From IMG/VR virus record IMGVR_UViG_3300034150_000019, positions 1 to 26,393 of that record: a DNA stretch of 26,393 nt, one strand, 5' to 3'. The translations under genes and the position numbers were made by a program. Below the pieces are notes generated by a model that had not been told where the DNA came from, did not search any database, and saw nothing but the letters and a program-made list of their open reading frames with translations. The DNA comes from a virus. Its lineage: Duplodnaviria; Caudoviricetes. Numbering within the stretch: position 1 is the stretch's first letter; the number at the start of each line of letters is the position of its first letter. This document shows, one piece after another, positions 24,056 to 26,393 of the stretch.

Positions 24056-26393
24056 ATGGCATCGCCCGTCGATGCAGGTAGAGCTACTAGCACTTCAGGT
24101 GGTACGGTTGATACCGAACCGCTGACTGTTTCTCTGCCTTCATCTATTGCATCCGGCGATTTGCTTGTGATGCTTATAGGGCTGAATAACGGTAGCGTGC
24201 CTACCGCTACTGGATGGACTGACTCAGGGTTCAGTCCACCGATTCCCGGTTCACACGACAATGCATGGCAGTACGTTCTGTACAGAGTCGCTGATGGTTC
24301 GGAGGGAAGCACCGTTGATGTCAGCATAGCAGGCACTGGTGCTTCTGTTAGATGGGCTGCAATCGTTTGGCGAATCACAGGGGCTGCAACTTCAGGAACG
24401 ATTTTGGAGATTGGCACCGAAATTACGGCCGATAGCATCAACTTGCAGCAGTGTTCGATTACACCTTCGGGCGGAAGTAAGGACTACCTGTTCATAGCGA
24501 TGGGTATCCATGTCGGTGCTGTCGCTTCACAGCCAACTGCGGCTTCGACAAGCTATTCAAACTTTGCTGCCATCGGTAGTGGAGGCACAGGCTCCGCAGG
24601 TTCCAAGGTCAACGTAGCCGGTGAGTCGCGGCAGCTAACAGCGTCGAGCGAGACACTCCCGTCGTTATGGCCGATGGGATCGAGGGAACTGAATGGCGAT
24701 TTCCTTGTGGCGATCTATCCCGCTGCCGCCGGAGCTACCACCGATAGTGCAACCGTACTAGTTGATCTACAGGCGTCGGGCACGGAAGTATTCGAAGGCG
24801 TTGACTCTGTAACCGTTCCAATGGCACTATCGGTGTCGGCTACCGAACTACATGAGATTCCCGATACAGCGACCGTCCTTGTCGATCTGCAAGCGAGTGG
24901 AACCGAGTTCAAAGAGATACTCGATTCAGCCGAAGTACTGATCGATCTACAAACGTCGGATGCGCAAGCGTTCGTGGCTGTTGATAGCGCCACGGTCTAT
25001 GTAGACATTCAAGTCTCGGATACGCAGGGATTCGATGCTGTTGATAGTGCTACAGCCTATGTCGATGTGCAAGCATCCGGTACGGAGATCGAGGAAGAGG
25101 CGGAAGTAGCGACCGTCTACTTCGATCTCACGACGAGCGACGTACAAGCCTTCGCGGGGGTCGAGTCTGCAACCGTACCGCTGACACTCACGCCGTCCGG
25201 CGTCGATGTCGGGCCGAAGTCGACACAGTGGGCGCGGCTGAGTCTTAGCTCAGGCACCGATCCCGGTGTTGATACGGGTCACTATCTTGTCATCCGCGCG
25301 CGAAAGACAAGCTCCGGTGATTACGGCACGATCCGTGCGCAGCTCTGGGATGGTGCGACTCCGATCGGGCCTGTGTTGGAGACCGCCAATCTCACCACGA
25401 GCCTCACCACGTACAACCTCGCCATTGCAAGCGGCGACGTAGCAAGCATCTCAAGCTATGCCGATCTGGAGATTCGTGTTCAAGGCTATGCCGCACTCGG
25501 GGATGCAACCGTATTCGAAGTTGCCGAATCGTGCTTGCAGACGCCAGCGGCCACAGGCGTAGCCTATACGGATAGCGCGACTGTCTACTTCGATCTCAGC
25601 ACGAGTGCAACAGAAGAGCATACGACCTTTGACTCGGCTGAAATCTACCTCGACCTTCAGACGAGCGACACACAAACCTTCCAAGGAGTCGATAGTGGCA
25701 CCGTTCCACTCACACTCTCAATCAACTCAGTTGAACTTCACGAGCTGTTCGACGCAGCCACGATATACGTCGACCTCAACGTGGTATCCAGCGAACTCGC
25801 TGAATTCGTGGACAGTGCTTCCGTCTATGTCGACATCAGCACAAGCGCAACCGACACCGCTCAGTTCGTTGACACCGCGACAGTTAGCCTCCTACTGGCT
25901 CCGTCGAGTACGGACATCGAAGAGGCTGTCGAGTCTGCCTCCGTCTATCTCGACCTACAGGCATCCGGTACTGAATTCACTGAGCGAGTTACTACCGATG
26001 CGGATACGATCTACGTCGATCTCACAACCACATCGACGGATGTCGCGCAAGATGTTGATGCGCAAACCGTCTATGTTCTTCTAACGCCAAGCGCGACGGA
26101 CACCCTTCAGGCTGTTGATGCAAACTCAGTCTACTTCGACCTGCAAGTCACCGCCACAGAAGAGCACACTACATACGATGCCGACTCGATCTACGTTGAT
26201 CTTCAGGCATCAGGTACGGATATACAGACGACGGCTGCATCGGATGCTGACACGGTCTATCTCGATCTCTCTACTTCTGCGACCGAGGATCACACTACAT
26301 TCGATGCGGACAGCATCTACTTCGATCTCTCACTCACGTCCGTCGAAGCGGCAGACTTCGTTGACGCAGCCACCGTCTACCTCGATCTTCAGA
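24056..26393 (+). CDS. Long repeat-containing tail fibre/virion protein, partial (about 779 aa in window)
   Basis: Absent from the ORF track (no stop in window). Hand-translated from ATG 24056: N-terminal domain (SLPSSIASGDLLVM..YRVADGSEG), 8 repeats, globular insert, then about 14 more repeats to the window end. Confidence 0.9.
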   Translation, partial: MASPVDAGRATSTSGGTVDTEPLTVSLPSSIASGDLLVMLIGLNNGSVPTATGWTDSGFSPPIPGSHDNAWQYVLYRVADGSEGSTVDVSIAGTGASVRWAAIVWRITGAATSGTILEIGTEITADSINLQQCSITPSGGSKDYLFIAMGIHVGAVASQPTAASTSYSNFAAIGSGGTGSAGSKVNVAGESRQLTASSETLPSLWPMGSRELNGDFLVAIYPAAAGATTDSATVLVDLQASGTEVFEGVDSVTVPMALSVSATELHEIPDTATVLVDLQASGTEFKEILDSAEVLIDLQTSDAQAFVAVDSATVYVDIQVSDTQGFDAVDSATAYVDVQASGTEIEEEAEVATVYFDLTTSDVQAFAGVESATVPLTLTPSGVDVGPKSTQWARLSLSSGTDPGVDTGHYLVIRARKTSSGDYGTIRAQLWDGATPIGPVLETANLTTSLTTYNLAIASGDVASISSYADLEIRVQGYAALGDATVFEVAESCLQTPAATGVAYTDSATVYFDLSTSATEEHTTFDSAEIYLDLQTSDTQTFQGVDSGTVPLTLSINSVELHELFDAATIYVDLNVVSSELAEFVDSASVYVDISTSATDTAQFVDTATVSLLLAPSSTDIEEAVESASVYLDLQASGTEFTERVTTDADTIYVDLTTTSTDVAQDVDAQTVYVLLTPSATDTLQAVDANSVYFDLQVTATEEHTTYDADSIYVDLQASGTDIQTTAASDADTVYLDLSTSATEDHTTFDADSIYFDLSLTSVEAADFVDAATVYLDLQ

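Noticed and set aside
23160-26393. 60-bp periodic DNA repeats as a CRISPR array or DGR template/variable repeats
   Set aside because: They are in-frame protein repeats with synonymous divergence, no unique spacers, no evident adenine-specific variation, and no reverse transcriptase in the window.

Overview
Fragment of a dsDNA tailed-phage genome. The host is probably an actinobacterium (inferred from an Rpf-like transglycosylase, GGAGG-type RBSs and sigmaA-type promoters). Left arm (1-15272, minus strand): a tightly packed early/middle region with a Cas4/RecB-like 4Fe-4S exonuclease, a SNF2-type helicase, an Rpf-like muralytic protein, a DUF932 protein and about 35 small orphan ORFs. A divergent control region (about 14420-16390) contains one GC-rich rightward ORF and a strong terminator. 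Right arm (16394-end, plus strand): a possible small terminase, then virion/tail-associated proteins, three sharing a 20-aa acidic beta-strand repeat, and a stand-alone LuxR-type HTH gene. No capsid, portal, large terminase, integrase, tRNA or CRISPR array is visible. Most striking observations: (1) eight copies of a promoter-like element with near-consensus TTGACA and TAnnnT boxes only 6-7 bp apart, alongside ordinary 17-18 bp promoters; (2) structured intergenic RNAs, one carrying a 16-nt perfect antisense copy of the phage's conserved extended RBS and two sharing the same G-G mismatch/CAUGAG stem; (3) an apparently split virion domain divided between two repeat-fibre genes. All calls were made by eye; no database searches were run.
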